Shown here piece by piece: positions 10,935 to 23,876 of a stretch of 64,000 nt of DNA. Position numbers and translations under genes: made by a program. The first letter of the stretch is position 1. Every line of letters starts with the position of its first letter. Origin of the DNA: Escherichia coli (GTDB taxonomy: Bacteria; Pseudomonadota; Gammaproteobacteria; Enterobacterales; Enterobacteriaceae); assembly GCF_016026235.1 (NCBI RefSeq), contig NZ_CP065613.1; one strand, given 5' to 3'. Under the pieces are notes generated by a model. That model was not told the origin of the DNA and searched no databases. It saw only the letters and a program-made list of their open reading frames with translations.

Positions 10935-11186
10935 TGGAGCACCTCAAAAACACCATCATACACTAAATCAGTAAGTTGGCAGCATCACCCTCGTTATTAA
11001 AACTGGCGGAGAATGTGATTCGACATTCTCCACTCATACTAAACACACTGTCACTTGACGCAGGGCTGAAAGTTCTACAGCAACGGTATACCAATATGAT
11101 AATGGTTTACTAAATTTTCTGGGGATCCCTCAGGAGCAGTCCCCCACTCCGGCTTAACACGACAATCGCCTTTCAGCGAAACACAA

Positions 11187-11906
11187 TTACTCTTTATCGC
11201 CCAGCAGAACGGATTCCAGTGCGATTTTGATCATGTCGTTGAAGGTGGTCTGACGCTCAGCGGCAGTGGTCTGCTCGTGAGTGCGGATGTGGTCAGACAC
11301 GGTGCAGATGGTCAGGGCTTTCGCGCCAAATTCTGCAGCGACGCCGTAGATACCAGCCGCTTCCATTTCCACGCCGAGGATGCCGTATTTTTCCATCACG
11401 TCGAACATTTCGCCGTCCGGAGAGTAGAACAGGTCAGCGGAGAACAGGTTACCAACGCGAGCATCAATGCCCAGTGCTTTAGCCGCGTCTACCGCGTTAC
11501 GCACCATGTCAAAGTCAGCGATAGCGGCAAAGTCATGATCTTTAAAACGGATGCGGTTAACTTTGGAATCGGTGCAGGCACCCATACCGATAACGACGTC
11601 GCGCAGTTTTACGTGCGGCAGAACTGCGCCACAGGAACCCACGCGGATAATTTTCTTCACGCCGAAATCGGTGATCAGTTCTTTGGTGTAGATGGAGCAG
11701 GACGGGATACCCATACCGTGACCCATTACGGAAATTTTGCGGCCTTTGTAAGTACCGGTGAAGCCCAGCATACCGCGAACGTTGTTCACTTCACGGGCAT
11801 CTTCAAGGAAAGTTTCAGCAATATACTTCGCACGCAGCGGGTCGCCTGGCATCAAAACTACGTCAGCGAAATCGCCCATTTCTGCATTAATGTGTGGGGT
11901 AGCCAT
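11187..11906 (-). CDS. deoD: purine nucleoside phosphorylase DeoD
   Basis: 239 aa [31 protein letters not shown]. Confidence 0.92.
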
Positions 11907-11985
11907 TGTTTTATCCTTATCAACATGTTTTCACCCTCTCCCTGAGGGAGAGGGCCGGGGTGAGGGCATCAAGCCGCACCCATTA

Positions 11986-13230
<1,245 letters not shown>

Positions 13231-13260
13231 TCAAATTTAAATGATCAGATCAGTATACCG

Positions 13261-14583
13261 TTATTCGCTGATACGGCGATAGACAGTTGGTGTGCTTTCC
13301 GGTGCTTTATCGGCAAGTTTAATTGCCGCTTTCACCGCTTTCGCCGCTTCCTGCCAGCTGTTTTCGTCTTTCGCGTGGATAACCGCCAGCGGACGCTGAC
13401 CGTCTACCTGGTCGCCCAAACGCGCCATATCAGTAAAGCCGACGCTGTAATCAATGGTGTCAGATGCCTGACGACGACCGCCGCCCATTGCAACCACTGC
13501 CATCCCCAGCGCGCGGGTATCCATTTCACTGACAAAACCTTCGGTATCAGCATAGACTGCTTTCGTCAGCATCGCTGTCGGCAGATACTTCGCGTAGTTC
13601 TCAACGAAGTCGGTTGGGCCTTTTTGTGCCGCTACCATACGACCAAAGACTTCTGCCGCTTTACCGTTGTCCAGCACTGCTTGCAATTTCGCGCGCGCTT
13701 CGGCGTCATCTTTCGCCAGTTTGCCGGAGATAAGCATCTCCACGCACAGCGCCATCGTGACATCAAACAGACGCGGGTTACGATACTCACCCGTCAGGAA
13801 CTGCACCGCTTCACGAACTTCAACCGCGTTACCTGCACTGGAGGCCAGTACCTGATTCATGTCGGTGAGCAGCGCGGTGGTGCGCACGCCAGCGCCGTTA
13901 GCCACGCCAACAATCGCTTCGGCAAGGGCTTCAGAGAGTTCGTAGGTCGGCATAAACGCGCCGCTACCCACTTTCACGTCCATCACCAGCGCGTCCAGAC
14001 CTTCCGCAAGTTTCTTCGCCAGAATAGAGGCGGTGATCAGCGGGATGGAGTCCACGGTTGCGGTAATATCACGGGTCGCGTAGAAACGTTTATCCGCCGG
14101 AGCCAGTGAGCTGGTCTGACCGATAATCGCCACGCCGACGTCTTTAATAATTTCGCGGAAACGGTTGTCATCCGGGAAAATGTCGAAGCCAGGGATGGAT
14201 TCCAGTTTGTCGAGCGTACCGCCAGTATGACCGAGGCCGCGACCAGAGATCATCGGAATATAGCCGCCGCAGGCTGCGACCATCGGCCCCAACATCAGCG
14301 AAGTCACATCGCCGACGCCACCAGTGGAATGTTTATCAACAATCGGGCCATTCAGATGCAGGCTTTTCCAGTCGAGAACGGTTCCTGAATCTCGCATCGC
14401 CATGGTCAGCGAGACACGCTCAGGCATTGTCATATCGTGGAAGAAAATGGTCATCGCGAGGGCGGCAATCTGCCCTTCGGAGATAGTGTTGTCGCGAATG
14501 CCGTTGATAAAGAAACGAATTTCTTCATCGCTCAGTGCATGACCATCACGTTTTTTACGAATAATTTCTTGTGCGAGAAACAA
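13261..14583 (-). CDS. deoA: thymidine phosphorylase DeoA
   Basis: 440 aa [29 protein letters not shown]. Confidence 0.92.
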
Positions 14584-14620
14584 GGTAACCTCCCGAGGAA
14601 AAGAGTATGAGGCGGCTTTT

Positions 14621-14696
14621 GCCGGATGCGTCTACGCCTTATCCGGCCTACGGGTAGATACGTCTCGTAGGCCTGATAAGCGCAGCGCATCAGGCG
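14621..14696. repeat. BIME (two REP units) between deoC and deoA
   Basis: gccggatgcg...ccggcctac and inverted taggcctgataagcgcagcgcatcaggcg. Confidence 0.6.
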
Positions 14697-14709
14697 TAAA
14701 GCATCTTAC

Positions 14710-15489
14710 TTAGTAGCTGCTGGCGCTCTTACCGTCACCGTGGCCCAGCGCTTTCAACAGGCTTGCCAGCAGGCTGGAAGCACCAAAGCGGTAGTGACGC
14801 GCATCTGCCCAGTCAGCACCGAACAGTTCATCTGCGATGGCGAGATATTTCTGCGCATCTTCCGCAGTACGCACGCCGCCCGCTGGTTTGAAACCAACGG
14901 TTTTTTCTACGCCCATATCACGGATCACTTCCATCATGATGCGCGCGCTTTCCGGCGTCGCGTTCACAGCCACTTTACCGGTAGAGGTTTTGATGAAGTC
15001 CGCACCCGCTTTGATGGAGATTTCAGACGCTTTACGGATCAGCGCTTCGTCTTTCAGTTCGCCGGTTTCGATGATCACTTTCAGCAGTACGTTAGCCGCA
15101 GCGCAAGCCTCTTTACAGGCTTTCACCAGGTCAAAACCAACCTGCTCGTTACCCGCCATCAGCGCGCGGTACGGGAACACCACGTCAACTTCATCGGCAC
15201 CGTAGGCGATTGCCGCACGGGTTTCTGCCAGCGCAATGTCGATGTCGTCGTTACCGTGTGGGAAGTTAGTTACCGTAGCGATACGGATTTCCGGGGTGCC
15301 CTGCTCTTTCAGAGTTTTGCGAGCAATCGGGATAAAGCGAGGATAGATACAGATAGCGGCGGTATTGCCGACCGGAGTTTTGGCCTGATGACACAGGGCG
15401 ATCACTTTCTCGTCGGTGTCGTCGTCATTCAGGGTGGTCAGGTCCATCAATTTCAGTGCACGCAGGCTGCTTGCTTTCAGATCAGTCAT
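14710..15489 (-). CDS. deoC: deoxyribose-phosphate aldolase DeoC
   Basis: 259 aa from [26 protein letters not shown], Shine-Dalgarno aggag upstream. Confidence 0.92.
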   Translation of the reverse strand: MTDLKASSLRALKLMDLTTLNDDDTDEKVIALCHQAKTPVGNTAAICIYPRFIPIARKTLKEQGTPEIRIATVTNFPHGNDDIDIALAETRAAIAYGADEVDVVFPYRALMAGNEQVGFDLVKACKEACAAANVLLKVIIETGELKDEALIRKASEISIKAGADFIKTSTGKVAVNATPESARIMMEVIRDMGVEKTVGFKPAGGVRTAEDAQKYLAIADELFGADWADARHYRFGASSLLASLLKALGHGDGKSASSY

Positions 15490-15533
15490 TTCATTCTCCT
15501 GGCTTGTCGCCAATAAAATTCACCTTGCGAGTT

Positions 15534-15549
15534 TGTTAGTATTCTAACA
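15534..15549. promoter_or_regulatory. DeoR operator O2 at deoP2 (perfect 16-bp palindrome)
   Basis: tgttagtattctaaca is the reverse complement of the DeoR consensus TGTTAGAATACTAACA; overlaps a TAGAAT -10 element about 45 bp upstream of deoC ATG. Confidence 0.7.
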
Positions 15550-15746
15550 TCTACTCCGCAACACACTTCGATGTACATCACAATTAAGGAAATCTACTTA
15601 CAAGTTTGCATCACTGTAATGCGATCTGGTTCAAATAATTCACTTTCAAATGAATGCGTCAGTGGTGGCAAACGCATCAGGATCAAAGTGAACATCACGA
15701 AACTTCTTACAATGGCGCATCACCTTCGGCATAAAAGGAAAAGAAG

Positions 15747-17297
15747 ATGCCCACTTCTCATGAAAATGCACTGCAACAACGTTGCCAGCAAATTGTCACC
15801 AGCCCGGTACTTAGCCCGGAGCAGAAGCGCCATTTTCTGGCACTGGAAGCAGAAAACAATCTGCCTTATCCGCAGCTTCCTGCCGAAGCCCGCCGCGCGC
15901 TGGATGAGGGGGTAATCTGCGATATGTTTGAAGGTCATGCGCCGTACAAACCGCGCTATGTCTTACCCGATTACGCCCGTTTTCTGGCGCACGGTTCCGA
16001 ATGGCTGGAGCTGGAAGGCGCGAAAGACCTTGATGACGCACTCTCTCTGCTCACCATTCTTTACCACCATGTACCGTCGGTCACATCGATGCCGGTCTAC
16101 CTGGGGCAACTGGATGCGTTGTTGCAACCGTATGTTAGAATTCTAACGCAAGACGAGATCGATATTCGAATAAAACGTTTCTGGCGTTACCTCGACAGAA
16201 CCCTGCCAGATGCCTTTATGCACGCCAATATCGGCCCGTCTGATTCGCCCATTACCCGCGCAATCTTACGTGCAGACGCAGAGTTGAAGCAGGTTTCACC
16301 GAACCTGACCTTTATCTACGATCCTGAAATCACCCCTGATGACCTGCTGCTGGAAGTGGCGAAGAACATCTGTGAATGTAGCAAACCGCACATCGCCAAC
16401 GGTCCGGTGCATGATAAAATTTTCACAAAAGGGGGCTACGGGATTGTGAGCTGTTACAACTCACTGCCGCTGGCGGGTGGTGGCAGCACGCTGGTACGCC
16501 TAAACCTGAAAGCCATTGCCGAGCGCAGTGAATCGCTGGAGGACTTCTTTACGCACACTCTACCGCACTACTGCCAGCAGCAGATCGCCATCATCGATGC
16601 GCGGTGTGAATTCCTCTATCAACAATCACACTTCTTTGAGAATAGCTTCCTGGTGAAAGAAGGGCTGATTAACCCTGAACGTTTTGTGCCAATGTTTGGC
16701 ATGTATGGGCTGGCGGAAGCGGTTAACTTGCTGTGTAAGAAAGAAGGGATTGCCGCGCGCTACGGTAAAGAAGCCGCCGCAAATGAAGTGGGTTATCGCA
16801 TCAGCGCGCAACTGGCGGAGTTTGTCGCCAATACCCCCGTGAAATATGGCTGGCAAAAACGCGCCATGTTACACGCACAGTCGGGGATCAGTTCCGATAT
16901 CGGCACCACGCCGGGCGCGCGTTTGCCGTATGGTGATGAGCCAGATCCGATCACCCATCTGCAAACTGTCGCCCCGCATCATGCTTATTATTATTCCGGC
17001 ATCAGCGACATTCTGACGCTCGACGAAACCATCAAACGTAATCCGCAGGCGCTGGTACAGCTTTGCCTCGGTGCCTTTAAAGCCGGAATGCGTGAATTTA
17101 CTGCCAATGTCAGCGGTAACGATCTGGTTCGCGTTACCGGTTATATGGTGCGTTTGTCGGATTTAGAAAAATATCGCGCCGAAGGTTCACGCACCAACAC
17201 CACCTGGCTGGGCGAAGAAGCCGCACGCAACACTCGTATTCTGGAACGCCAGCCGCGCGTGATAAGCCATGAACAGCAGATGCGCTTTAGTCAGTAA
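15747..17297 (+). CDS. yjjI: glycine-radical-enzyme-like protein YjjI (DUF3029)
   Basis: 516 aa, divergent from deoC, followed by activase yjjW. Confidence 0.85.
   Translation: MPTSHENALQQRCQQIVTSPVLSPEQKRHFLALEAENNLPYPQLPAEARRALDEGVICDMFEGHAPYKPRYVLPDYARFLAHGSEWLELEGAKDLDDALSLLTILYHHVPSVTSMPVYLGQLDALLQPYVRILTQDEIDIRIKRFWRYLDRTLPDAFMHANIGPSDSPITRAILRADAELKQVSPNLTFIYDPEITPDDLLLEVAKNICECSKPHIANGPVHDKIFTKGGYGIVSCYNSLPLAGGGSTLVRLNLKAIAERSESLEDFFTHTLPHYCQQQIAIIDARCEFLYQQSHFFENSFLVKEGLINPERFVPMFGMYGLAEAVNLLCKKEGIAARYGKEAAANEVGYRISAQLAEFVANTPVKYGWQKRAMLHAQSGISSDIGTTPGARLPYGDEPDPITHLQTVAPHHAYYYSGISDILTLDETIKRNPQALVQLCLGAFKAGMREFTANVSGNDLVRVTGYMVRLSDLEKYRAEGSRTNTTWLGEEAARNTRILERQPRVISHEQQMRFSQ
16133..16148. 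promoter_or_regulatory. DeoR operator O1 at deoP1, inside the yjjI coding sequence
   Basis: tgttagaattctaacg, 15/16 palindromic, exactly 599 bp from O2, the published O1-O2 spacing. Confidence 0.65.
16413..16428. promoter_or_regulatory. candidate DeoR operator OE
   Basis: tgataaaattttcaca, 12/16 match to the operator palindrome, 280 bp beyond O1 as expected for OE. Confidence 0.4.
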
Positions 17298-18132
17298 GAT
17301 TATCCCCTTCTCCTGCGTTGACGGGCCAGGCAGTCGTCTGGCTCTGTTTTTGCAGGGCTGCAATCTGCGCTGCAAAAACTGTCACAATCCGTGGACGATG
17401 GGACGTTGCAATGACTGTGGGGAGTGCGTGCCACAGTGTCCGCATCAGGCGTTGCAGATTGTTGACGGCAAAGTGGTGTGGAACGCAGTGGTTTGCGAGC
17501 AGTGTGATACCTGCCTGAAGAGGTGTCCGCAACATGCCACGCCAATGGCGCAATCCATGAGCGTGGACGAAGTGCTTAGCCATGTCCGCAAAGCGGTGCT
17601 GTTTATTGAAGGGATAACGGTAAGCGGCGGCGAAGCCACGACCCAACTGCCGTTTGTAGTGGCGCTGTTTACTGCTATCAAAAACGATCCGCAACTGCGC
17701 CACCTCACCTGCCTGGTGGACAGTAACGGCATGTTGAGCGAAACCGGCTGGGAAAAATTACTCCCGGTGTGTGACGGCGCAATGCTCGATCTCAAAGCGT
17801 GGGGGAGCGAATGTCATCAGCAATTAACCGGACGCGATAATCAGCAGATTAAGCGCAGCATCTGTTTGCTGGCAGAGCGCGGTAAGCTGGCGGAACTGCG
17901 TTTGCTGGTGATCCCTGGCCAGGTGGATTATTTGCAACACATCGAAGAACTGGCGGCGTTTATCAAGGGACTCGGCGATGTTCCGGTACGCCTGAACGCG
18001 TTTCATGCCCACGGCGTGTATGGCGAGGCGCAAAGCTGGGCGAGCGCCACGCCGGAAGACGTTGAGCCGTTGGCTGATGCGTTAAAGGTGCGCGGGGTGA
18101 GCCGGTTGATATTTCCGGCGCTCTATTTGTGA
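17269..18132 (+). CDS. yjjW: glycyl-radical enzyme activating protein YjjW (radical SAM, ferredoxin-type Cys clusters)
   Basis: 287 aa, CxxCxxC-rich N-terminus ([24 protein letters not shown]). Confidence 0.85.
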   Translation: MNSRCALVSKIIPFSCVDGPGSRLALFLQGCNLRCKNCHNPWTMGRCNDCGECVPQCPHQALQIVDGKVVWNAVVCEQCDTCLKRCPQHATPMAQSMSVDEVLSHVRKAVLFIEGITVSGGEATTQLPFVVALFTAIKNDPQLRHLTCLVDSNGMLSETGWEKLLPVCDGAMLDLKAWGSECHQQLTGRDNQQIKRSICLLAERGKLAELRLLVIPGQVDYLQHIEELAAFIKGLGDVPVRLNAFHAHGVYGEAQSWASATPEDVEPLADALKVRGVSRLIFPALYL

Positions 18133-18134
18133 CA

Positions 18135-18236
18135 TGCCGGATACGGCCTACGGTTCGGCACAAACCTGTAGGCATGATAAGACGCGTTAAGCGTCGCATC
18201 AGGCATTATGCGCCGACTGCCGGATGCTGCCTACGA
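18135..18236. repeat. REP/BIME cluster
   Basis: gccggatacggcctacgg... / cgcatcaggc... / gccggatgctgcctacg units. Confidence 0.55.
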
Positions 18237-18244
18237 AGGGTAAA

Positions 18245-19027
18245 CTACCCACTAACGCTAAACAACGCATACGTATTATTAAGCAACACTTCGGCAATCT
18301 CATCTTCTGGTTCCGGGCGCAACTCGCAAAGCACGTCAAACACCCGCACAGCCTGTTCCGGTCGGTTAGGCTGCCCCTGAAAGCCGTTGAGCGGCATATC
18401 CGGCGCGTCGGTTTCCAGCAACAACGATGCCAGCGGTAATTTTGCGATGACATCGCGGGTTTTACTGGCGCGTGGATAGGTGATAGTACCGCCTACGCCG
18501 ATTTTGTAGCCCAGCTGTACAAACCGCTCGGCCTGTTGCAGGCTGCCGGAAAAACCGTGAACCACGCCAGTGCACGGTAAATCGTGACGTTTAAGATGCA
18601 TCGCCAGTTTGTCGTGTGTACGCCGGGAATGAAGGATCACCGGCAGATCGTAGCGTTTCGCCAGTTTCAGCTGTTCGTCGAGTAACCACTGCTGCCTCTC
18701 AAATTGCGGATCGTCGCCGAAGAGATCCAGACCGATCTCCCCCACCGCCACCACCTTCGCCGGACGCCTTTCCAGCGCCTGCTGTAGCTGATCAAGAGAC
18801 ACATCGCTATGTTTTTCCAACATCCCCGGATGCAACCCCAATGCGGCATACAGCGGTTGATATTTTTCCGCTAACGCCTGCACGCGGGCAAAATTTTCCG
18901 CCTCTGTCGCCGGAACAATGATCTTGCCTACGCCCGCTTGTGCCGCGCGTTGCAGGCTGGCCTCTTCATCGCCACTAAACGGCGGGAAATCAAAATGGCA
19001 GTGGGTATCGATAAAACGGCAAATCAA
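18245..19027 (-). CDS. yjjV: TatD-family metal-dependent hydrolase YjjV
   Basis: 260 aa, MICRFIDTHCHFDFPPF TatD-type N-terminus. Confidence 0.85.
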   Translation of the reverse strand: MICRFIDTHCHFDFPPFSGDEEASLQRAAQAGVGKIIVPATEAENFARVQALAEKYQPLYAALGLHPGMLEKHSDVSLDQLQQALERRPAKVVAVGEIGLDLFGDDPQFERQQWLLDEQLKLAKRYDLPVILHSRRTHDKLAMHLKRHDLPCTGVVHGFSGSLQQAERFVQLGYKIGVGGTITYPRASKTRDVIAKLPLASLLLETDAPDMPLNGFQGQPNRPEQAVRVFDVLCELRPEPEDEIAEVLLNNTYALFSVSG

Positions 19028-20097
19028 GCCAGATCCTCATTGTTAAATGTCGGGTCGTTCGCCTGCGGAGCATCGCTCACTTCGGCAACCAGCGTATCGT
19101 TGGCGACTGGCGCAGGCGGAATAACGATCGATTCCGGCGTCACCACTGGCACCAGATGGCGGGTAAGCGGCGCTTTTTCAGTTAATAGCTTGCCAACCGT
19201 GGCGAGGAAATAACGACCGCATAAACGCCCAAGTTTATAGTCTTCACGCAGCGCCGGAATCCGACTGCCAAGCGCGATACTATGTAATGGCTTCGGTGGA
19301 TAAATTTCGAATATCCGCAGCTTGCCCGGTGGTTTCTCAATAAATTGCTGAATGTCACGATAGCTGGTTTCATGATGCTGCACCAGATTGACCAGCGGCT
19401 GCAGGCTACTGTCACCCAGCCAGCGTTCCATGCGTTTGAACCACTGCGGCGTGTAGTACATTTGTGACGGCACAGTGCGGATGACGACCAACGTTTTAGC
19501 GCCCTGCCTTGCCGCCTCTTTAACCGGAATCGCATCACTGATCCCGCCATCCAGGTAGTTAATGCCTTCCAGCGACACTCCGCTACGATAAAAGCCAGGT
19601 ATCGCACTGGAGGCGCGAATCACATCCAGCCAGTTTTGTTTGGTTGGTAAAAAGTAATTAGGCGCGTAGTCATCCTGACGACAGGCGCACATATAAAACG
19701 ATTTGCCGCCGTCAAACAACCGCGCGGCGGTATCCATTTGCAACGGCATCTGGCTTGCGGTGGCCTCCACCAGCCAGTCGAGATCGATAAGATTTCCTCC
19801 ACGGACAAAGCGCAATGGATCGAAAAATTCGCGTTTTGTGGTATAGCGCATGATGACTTTGCGCGCGTAACCGGGCTGATTGCAGATAAACGCCGAGAGG
19901 TTCTGCGCCCCGGCAGATGTGCCGAGATAAAGATCGAAAGGATTAAACTGCGCGCGCATAAACTCATCCAGCACGCCAGCCGTGAAAATTCCACGCTGTC
20001 CGCCGCCTTCGCACACCAGAGCTATTCGTCCAGGCTGGAACGGCCTTAGCGACAACGGCGCAATATTACCAAGCGTTACAGGTATTCGCTGCCCCAC
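19024..20097 (-). CDS. yjjU: patatin-like phospholipase YjjU
   Basis: 357 aa from GTG; GGGQRG and GTSAG patatin motifs. Confidence 0.85.
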   Translation of the reverse strand: MGQRIPVTLGNIAPLSLRPFQPGRIALVCEGGGQRGIFTAGVLDEFMRAQFNPFDLYLGTSAGAQNLSAFICNQPGYARKVIMRYTTKREFFDPLRFVRGGNLIDLDWLVEATASQMPLQMDTAARLFDGGKSFYMCACRQDDYAPNYFLPTKQNWLDVIRASSAIPGFYRSGVSLEGINYLDGGISDAIPVKEAARQGAKTLVVIRTVPSQMYYTPQWFKRMERWLGDSSLQPLVNLVQHHETSYRDIQQFIEKPPGKLRIFEIYPPKPLHSIALGSRIPALREDYKLGRLCGRYFLATVGKLLTEKAPLTRHLVPVVTPESIVIPPAPVANDTLVAEVSDAPQANDPTFNNEDLA

Positions 20098-20160
20098 CTC
20101 TGCCTTCCTGTTTTTGTTGTGAAAGAATGACAAAGTAACGCAATTTATTATTCGCTAAAA

Positions 20161-20187
20161 CCGCAAAAGCCAGTCCGCTGGACTGGC
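20161..20187 (-). terminator. rho-independent terminator downstream of ytjA
   Basis: hairpin gccagtcc-gctg-gactggc followed on the minus strand by ttttgcgg. Confidence 0.5.
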
Positions 20188-20218
20188 TTTGGATAAAATT
20201 TTCTTAATGGTCTGAAAT

Positions 20219-20380
20219 CTAGGGTCGTTTTCGGCCCATGAACAAACTCACCAGGAACAGAATAATCCCGACGACAAAGACAATTTTAGCTGCGCCTGCA
20301 GCGGTACCGGCCAGACCACCAAACCCAAGTGCGGCGGCGATTAACGCGATAACCAGAAATATGATGCCCCAACGAAACAT
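20219..20380 (-). CDS. ytjA: small membrane protein YtjA (DUF1328)
   Basis: 53 aa [53 protein letters not shown]. Confidence 0.85.
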
Positions 20381-20506
20381 AAGCGTCTCCTTTACCATAG
20401 TTAATGTCACCGCTTGATATGAGCGTGAAAATCACTCAATGCGATATTTTTAGTGTGGTGCACATCGCGCCTCCCGACAAAGTTCGGGAGGTCGAATTAC
20501 GACGAA

Positions 20507-21112
20507 TTACTTAGTTTTCAGATCATTTTTAACGCTTTTCACACCATCTACCGCTTTGGCGATACTTTCAGCACAGTCACTTTGTGCCTGAGAATCTACG
20601 GTACCGGAGAGCTGAACCACACCATCGGTGGTTTCAACTTTCACTTTACGTGAAGGAACGATATCGTCCGCCAGCAGTTTGGCTTTGATTTCACTGGTGG
20701 TGGCGGTGTCACCCGCGTAGCCCTTCACAGAGCCTTCTTTAGCGTCGCGAACGTGCAGTTTGTCGCTGACAGAGGTCACGCCTTCAACGCCTTTCGCCAC
20801 TTTCACTGCCTCTTCGGCCTGGGCCTGGCTTTCAACGAAACCGCTCAGGGTCACGACTTTTTGATCGGTTTTGACAGAGATATCGGTGCTCTTGATGTTG
20901 TCATGATCCACCAGGGCCGCCTTCACTTTCGCGGTGATGGCGCTGTCATCCATGAAATTACCGACTTTATTCATAGAGCTATCGACTTTTTGCCCTGCGC
21001 TTTCATTGGTAGTCTGTGCGTTGTTTTCCGCGTAGGCAGAGCCGGTCGCGACGGCAGAGGTCAACATTACAGCCAGCAGAGTTTTCGAAATCTTCAGTCT
21101 TGTCATAGTCAT
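20507..21112 (-). CDS. osmY: osmotically inducible periplasmic protein OsmY (two BON domains)
   Basis: 201 aa from [28 protein letters not shown] signal peptide. Confidence 0.9.
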   Translation of the reverse strand: MTMTRLKISKTLLAVMLTSAVATGSAYAENNAQTTNESAGQKVDSSMNKVGNFMDDSAITAKVKAALVDHDNIKSTDISVKTDQKVVTLSGFVESQAQAEEAVKVAKGVEGVTSVSDKLHVRDAKEGSVKGYAGDTATTSEIKAKLLADDIVPSRKVKVETTDGVVQLSGTVDSQAQSDCAESIAKAVDGVKSVKNDLKTK

Positions 21113-21504
21113 CGATTTATTCCTGTATGTTTGCTCGTAATTTGAGCCTGGCAACACGAGGTTGCATTGCTGAATAGGGAGAGACTTCACCCTCTACAGA
21201 AGTCAATGGTCGCCATCACAAAAGCGATGGGTGATGAATAACGACCATTACAGCCTCTGAATCAGTTATTAATATCGGTAGAATGACAATCGACGGCTTT
21301 AGATACTGATATCTACGCATTGAACGGTATTTAACGCCATCAGAAATGTCATTACTTTGTTAAATATAGATCACAATTTTGAAACCGCTCGGGATATCCC
21401 CTAAAACATAAGCAAAAGTGAATGTTTTAAGAACATTCCGTAAGCGGCTAATAAGGAAGGGAAATTGACAGGGCGCAGCGGCTACCGCGCCCTGGAGGCT
21501 AGAA

Positions 21505-23094
21505 TTAATGCTCGCGGGTCTGGTGGAACTGAACGTCCGGATAACGTTCCTGCGCCAGGCGCAGATTGACCATGCTGGTAGCGATGTAAGCGAGGTTATC
21601 GCCGCCATCAAGCGCCAGTTGGCTTTCGTTCTTACGCTTGAACTCTTCGAATTTCTTCGCGTCCGCACATTCTACCCAGCGGGCGGTGGCAACGTTGACT
21701 GACTCATACACTGCTTCAACGTTGTATTCGCTCTTCAGGCGCGCTACCACCACATCAAACTGCAGCACACCAACCGCGCCAACGATCAGATCGTTGTTGG
21801 AGATCGGACGGAACACCTGCACCGCCCCCTCTTCGGAAAGCTGTACCAGCCCTTTGAGCAGCTGTTTTTGCTTCAGCGGATCTTTCAGGCGGATACGACG
21901 GAACAGTTCTGGTGCGAAGTTCGGAATACCGGTGAACTTCATCATCTCACCCTGGGTAAAGGTGTCGCCGATCTGAATAGTGCCGTGGTTGTGCAGGCCG
22001 AGGATATCGCCCGGATACGCTTCTTCAACGTGCGAACGGTCGCCCGCCATAAAGGTCAGCGCGTCGGAGATAACCACATCTTTCGCAGTACGCACCTGGC
22101 GCAGCTTCATGCCTTTTTCATATTTACCGGATACTACGCGCATAAACGCCACGCGGTCGCGGTGTTTCGGGTCCATGTTGGCCTGAATTTTAAATACGAA
22201 GCCGGTAAATTTGTCTTCGCTCGCCTCTACGGTACGGGTATCAGTCTGACGCGGCATCGGCGCAGGAGCCCACTCCACCAGGCCATCCAGCATATGATCA
22301 ACGCCGAAGTTACCCAGCGCAGTACCGAAGAATACCGGAGTGATTTCGCCCGCAAGGAACAATTCTTTGTCGAACTCGTTAGACGCGCCTTTCACCAGTT
22401 CCAGTTCGTCACGTAGCTGCTGTGCCAGATCTTCACCAACCGCAGCGTCGAGAGCCGGGTTATTCAGCCCTTTAACAATACGGACTTCCTGAATCGTGTG
22501 GCCTTTACCGCTCTGATAGAGATAGGTTTCGTCTTTATAAAGGTGGTAAACGCCTTTAAACAGCTTGCCGCAGCCAATCGGCCAGGTGATCGGTGCGCAG
22601 CCGATTTTCAGCTCGTTCTCAACTTCATCGAGCAGTTCCATCGGGTCGCGGATATCACGGTCAAGTTTGTTCATAAAGGTGAGGATCGGCGTGTCGCGCA
22701 GACGGGTAACTTCCATCAGCTTACGGGTACGATCTTCAACACCTTTTGCAGCGTCGATAACCATCAGGCAGCAGTCCACCGCCGTCAGGGTACGATAGGT
22801 ATCTTCCGAGAAGTCTTCGTGCCCCGGGGTGTCGAGCAGGTTAACCAGGCAATCGTGATACGGAAACTGCATCACAGACGTAGTAATGGAGATCCCACGC
22901 TGCTTTTCCATCTCCATCCAGTCCGACTTAGCGTGCTGGTTGGAACCACGGCCTTTTACTGTACCGGCGGTCTGAATGGCCTGTCCGAACAGCAGCACCT
23001 TCTCGGTGATGGTAGTCTTACCGGCATCCGGGTGAGAAATAATGGCAAAAGTGCGGCGCTTCGCCACCTCTTGCAAATAAGGAGACAACGTCAT
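21505..23094 (-). CDS. prfC: peptide chain release factor 3
   Basis: 529 aa from [28 protein letters not shown] GTPase. Confidence 0.92.
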   Translation of the reverse strand: MTLSPYLQEVAKRRTFAIISHPDAGKTTITEKVLLFGQAIQTAGTVKGRGSNQHAKSDWMEMEKQRGISITTSVMQFPYHDCLVNLLDTPGHEDFSEDTYRTLTAVDCCLMVIDAAKGVEDRTRKLMEVTRLRDTPILTFMNKLDRDIRDPMELLDEVENELKIGCAPITWPIGCGKLFKGVYHLYKDETYLYQSGKGHTIQEVRIVKGLNNPALDAAVGEDLAQQLRDELELVKGASNEFDKELFLAGEITPVFFGTALGNFGVDHMLDGLVEWAPAPMPRQTDTRTVEASEDKFTGFVFKIQANMDPKHRDRVAFMRVVSGKYEKGMKLRQVRTAKDVVISDALTFMAGDRSHVEEAYPGDILGLHNHGTIQIGDTFTQGEMMKFTGIPNFAPELFRRIRLKDPLKQKQLLKGLVQLSEEGAVQVFRPISNNDLIVGAVGVLQFDVVVARLKSEYNVEAVYESVNVATARWVECADAKKFEEFKRKNESQLALDGGDNLAYIATSMVNLRLAQERYPDVQFHQTREH

Positions 23095-23184
23095 AATTCT
23101 TTCTTCTTGAGTAAGCGGCATCGCGCCGCGCTTGTTGAAAACGAAAAATTGCGGCTATTTTACCCATCAACGGGGGGGAGGCAA

Positions 23185-23862
23185 TCAGTGTTTACACAGG
23201 AGCTGCTCCAGTTCGTGCAACGAAGAAACGGTCCAGGTGGGCGCGATGCCTTCTGGTTGCTCGCGATGGTGCGCATTCAGCCAGCAGGTCGCAAGCCCGG
23301 CGTTGATGCCACCGAGAATATCGGACTCGGCAGTGTCGCCAACCATCAGCACGCGTGAACGGTCAGGATTGCCCGCCTGTTCCAGCGCATAATCGAAAAT
23401 TTTCTTATTCGGTTTGGCAACGCCAACTTCTTCGGAAATCACCAGCAAATCGAAGTAATCACGCAGGCCCGTGCGTTCCAGACGCACTTGCTGCAAGGCG
23501 CTAAAGCCGTTGGTGATGATGCCGATTTTGGCGTTGCCACGAATGGCGTTAAGCAGAGAAACCGCGCCCGGCAGCGGCGTGCAGATTTCCGCCATCGCAT
23601 TAATAAAGGCATCGTTAAGCAAGCCTGCTTCAACTTTCAGCCGTTCGGCCCAGCTCTCAAAACGCCCGTGCTGAAGCTGTAATGAAGTGATCGCGCCGTT
23701 TTGATAATCCACCCACAGTGGCTTGTTAACGGCCTGATAGTCCTGAAAATCTTCAGCGGTAAAGGTGACGCTGTAATCAAGAAACATCCGCTGCAGGCCG
23801 GTGAATGAGTCAAAGGTAAACAGCGTTTCATCGGCATCAAAGAAAATCCAGTCCCACTTCAT
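23185..23862 (-). CDS. yjjG: HAD-family pyrimidine 5'-nucleotidase YjjG
   Basis: 225 aa, [18 protein letters not shown] motif I. Confidence 0.88.
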   Translation of the reverse strand: MKWDWIFFDADETLFTFDSFTGLQRMFLDYSVTFTAEDFQDYQAVNKPLWVDYQNGAITSLQLQHGRFESWAERLKVEAGLLNDAFINAMAEICTPLPGAVSLLNAIRGNAKIGIITNGFSALQQVRLERTGLRDYFDLLVISEEVGVAKPNKKIFDYALEQAGNPDRSRVLMVGDTAESDILGGINAGLATCWLNAHHREQPEGIAPTWTVSSLHELEQLLCKH

Positions 23863-23876
23863 TATTCCACCTTGTC

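Larger units (their letters stand above)
10222..10989 (-). mobile_element. IS1 (768 bp), copy 1, insA and insB apparently intact
   Basis: ends ggtaatgactccaacttattgat and atcagtaagttggcagcatcacc match the IS1 terminal repeats; InsA and InsB ORFs present; no flanking target duplication (cgaattacc vs ctcgttatt). Confidence 0.92.
9893..11134 (+). mobile_element. IS10-like (IS4-family) element remnant, internally deleted and carrying a nested IS1
   Basis: terminal inverted repeats ctgaggaatcccc (9893) and ggggatccctcagg (11121-11134), similar to IS10 ends; flanked by 9-bp direct repeat agcagtccc (9884-9892 and 11135-11143); N-terminal transposase fragment resembles IS10 Tnp (KIKRVDRLLGNRHL). Confidence 0.6.

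Noticed and set aside
21360-21668. 102-aa ORF spanning the prfC 3' end and the osmY-prfC intergenic region
   Set aside because: Overlaps the prfC coding end on the same strand in another frame; no supporting signals.
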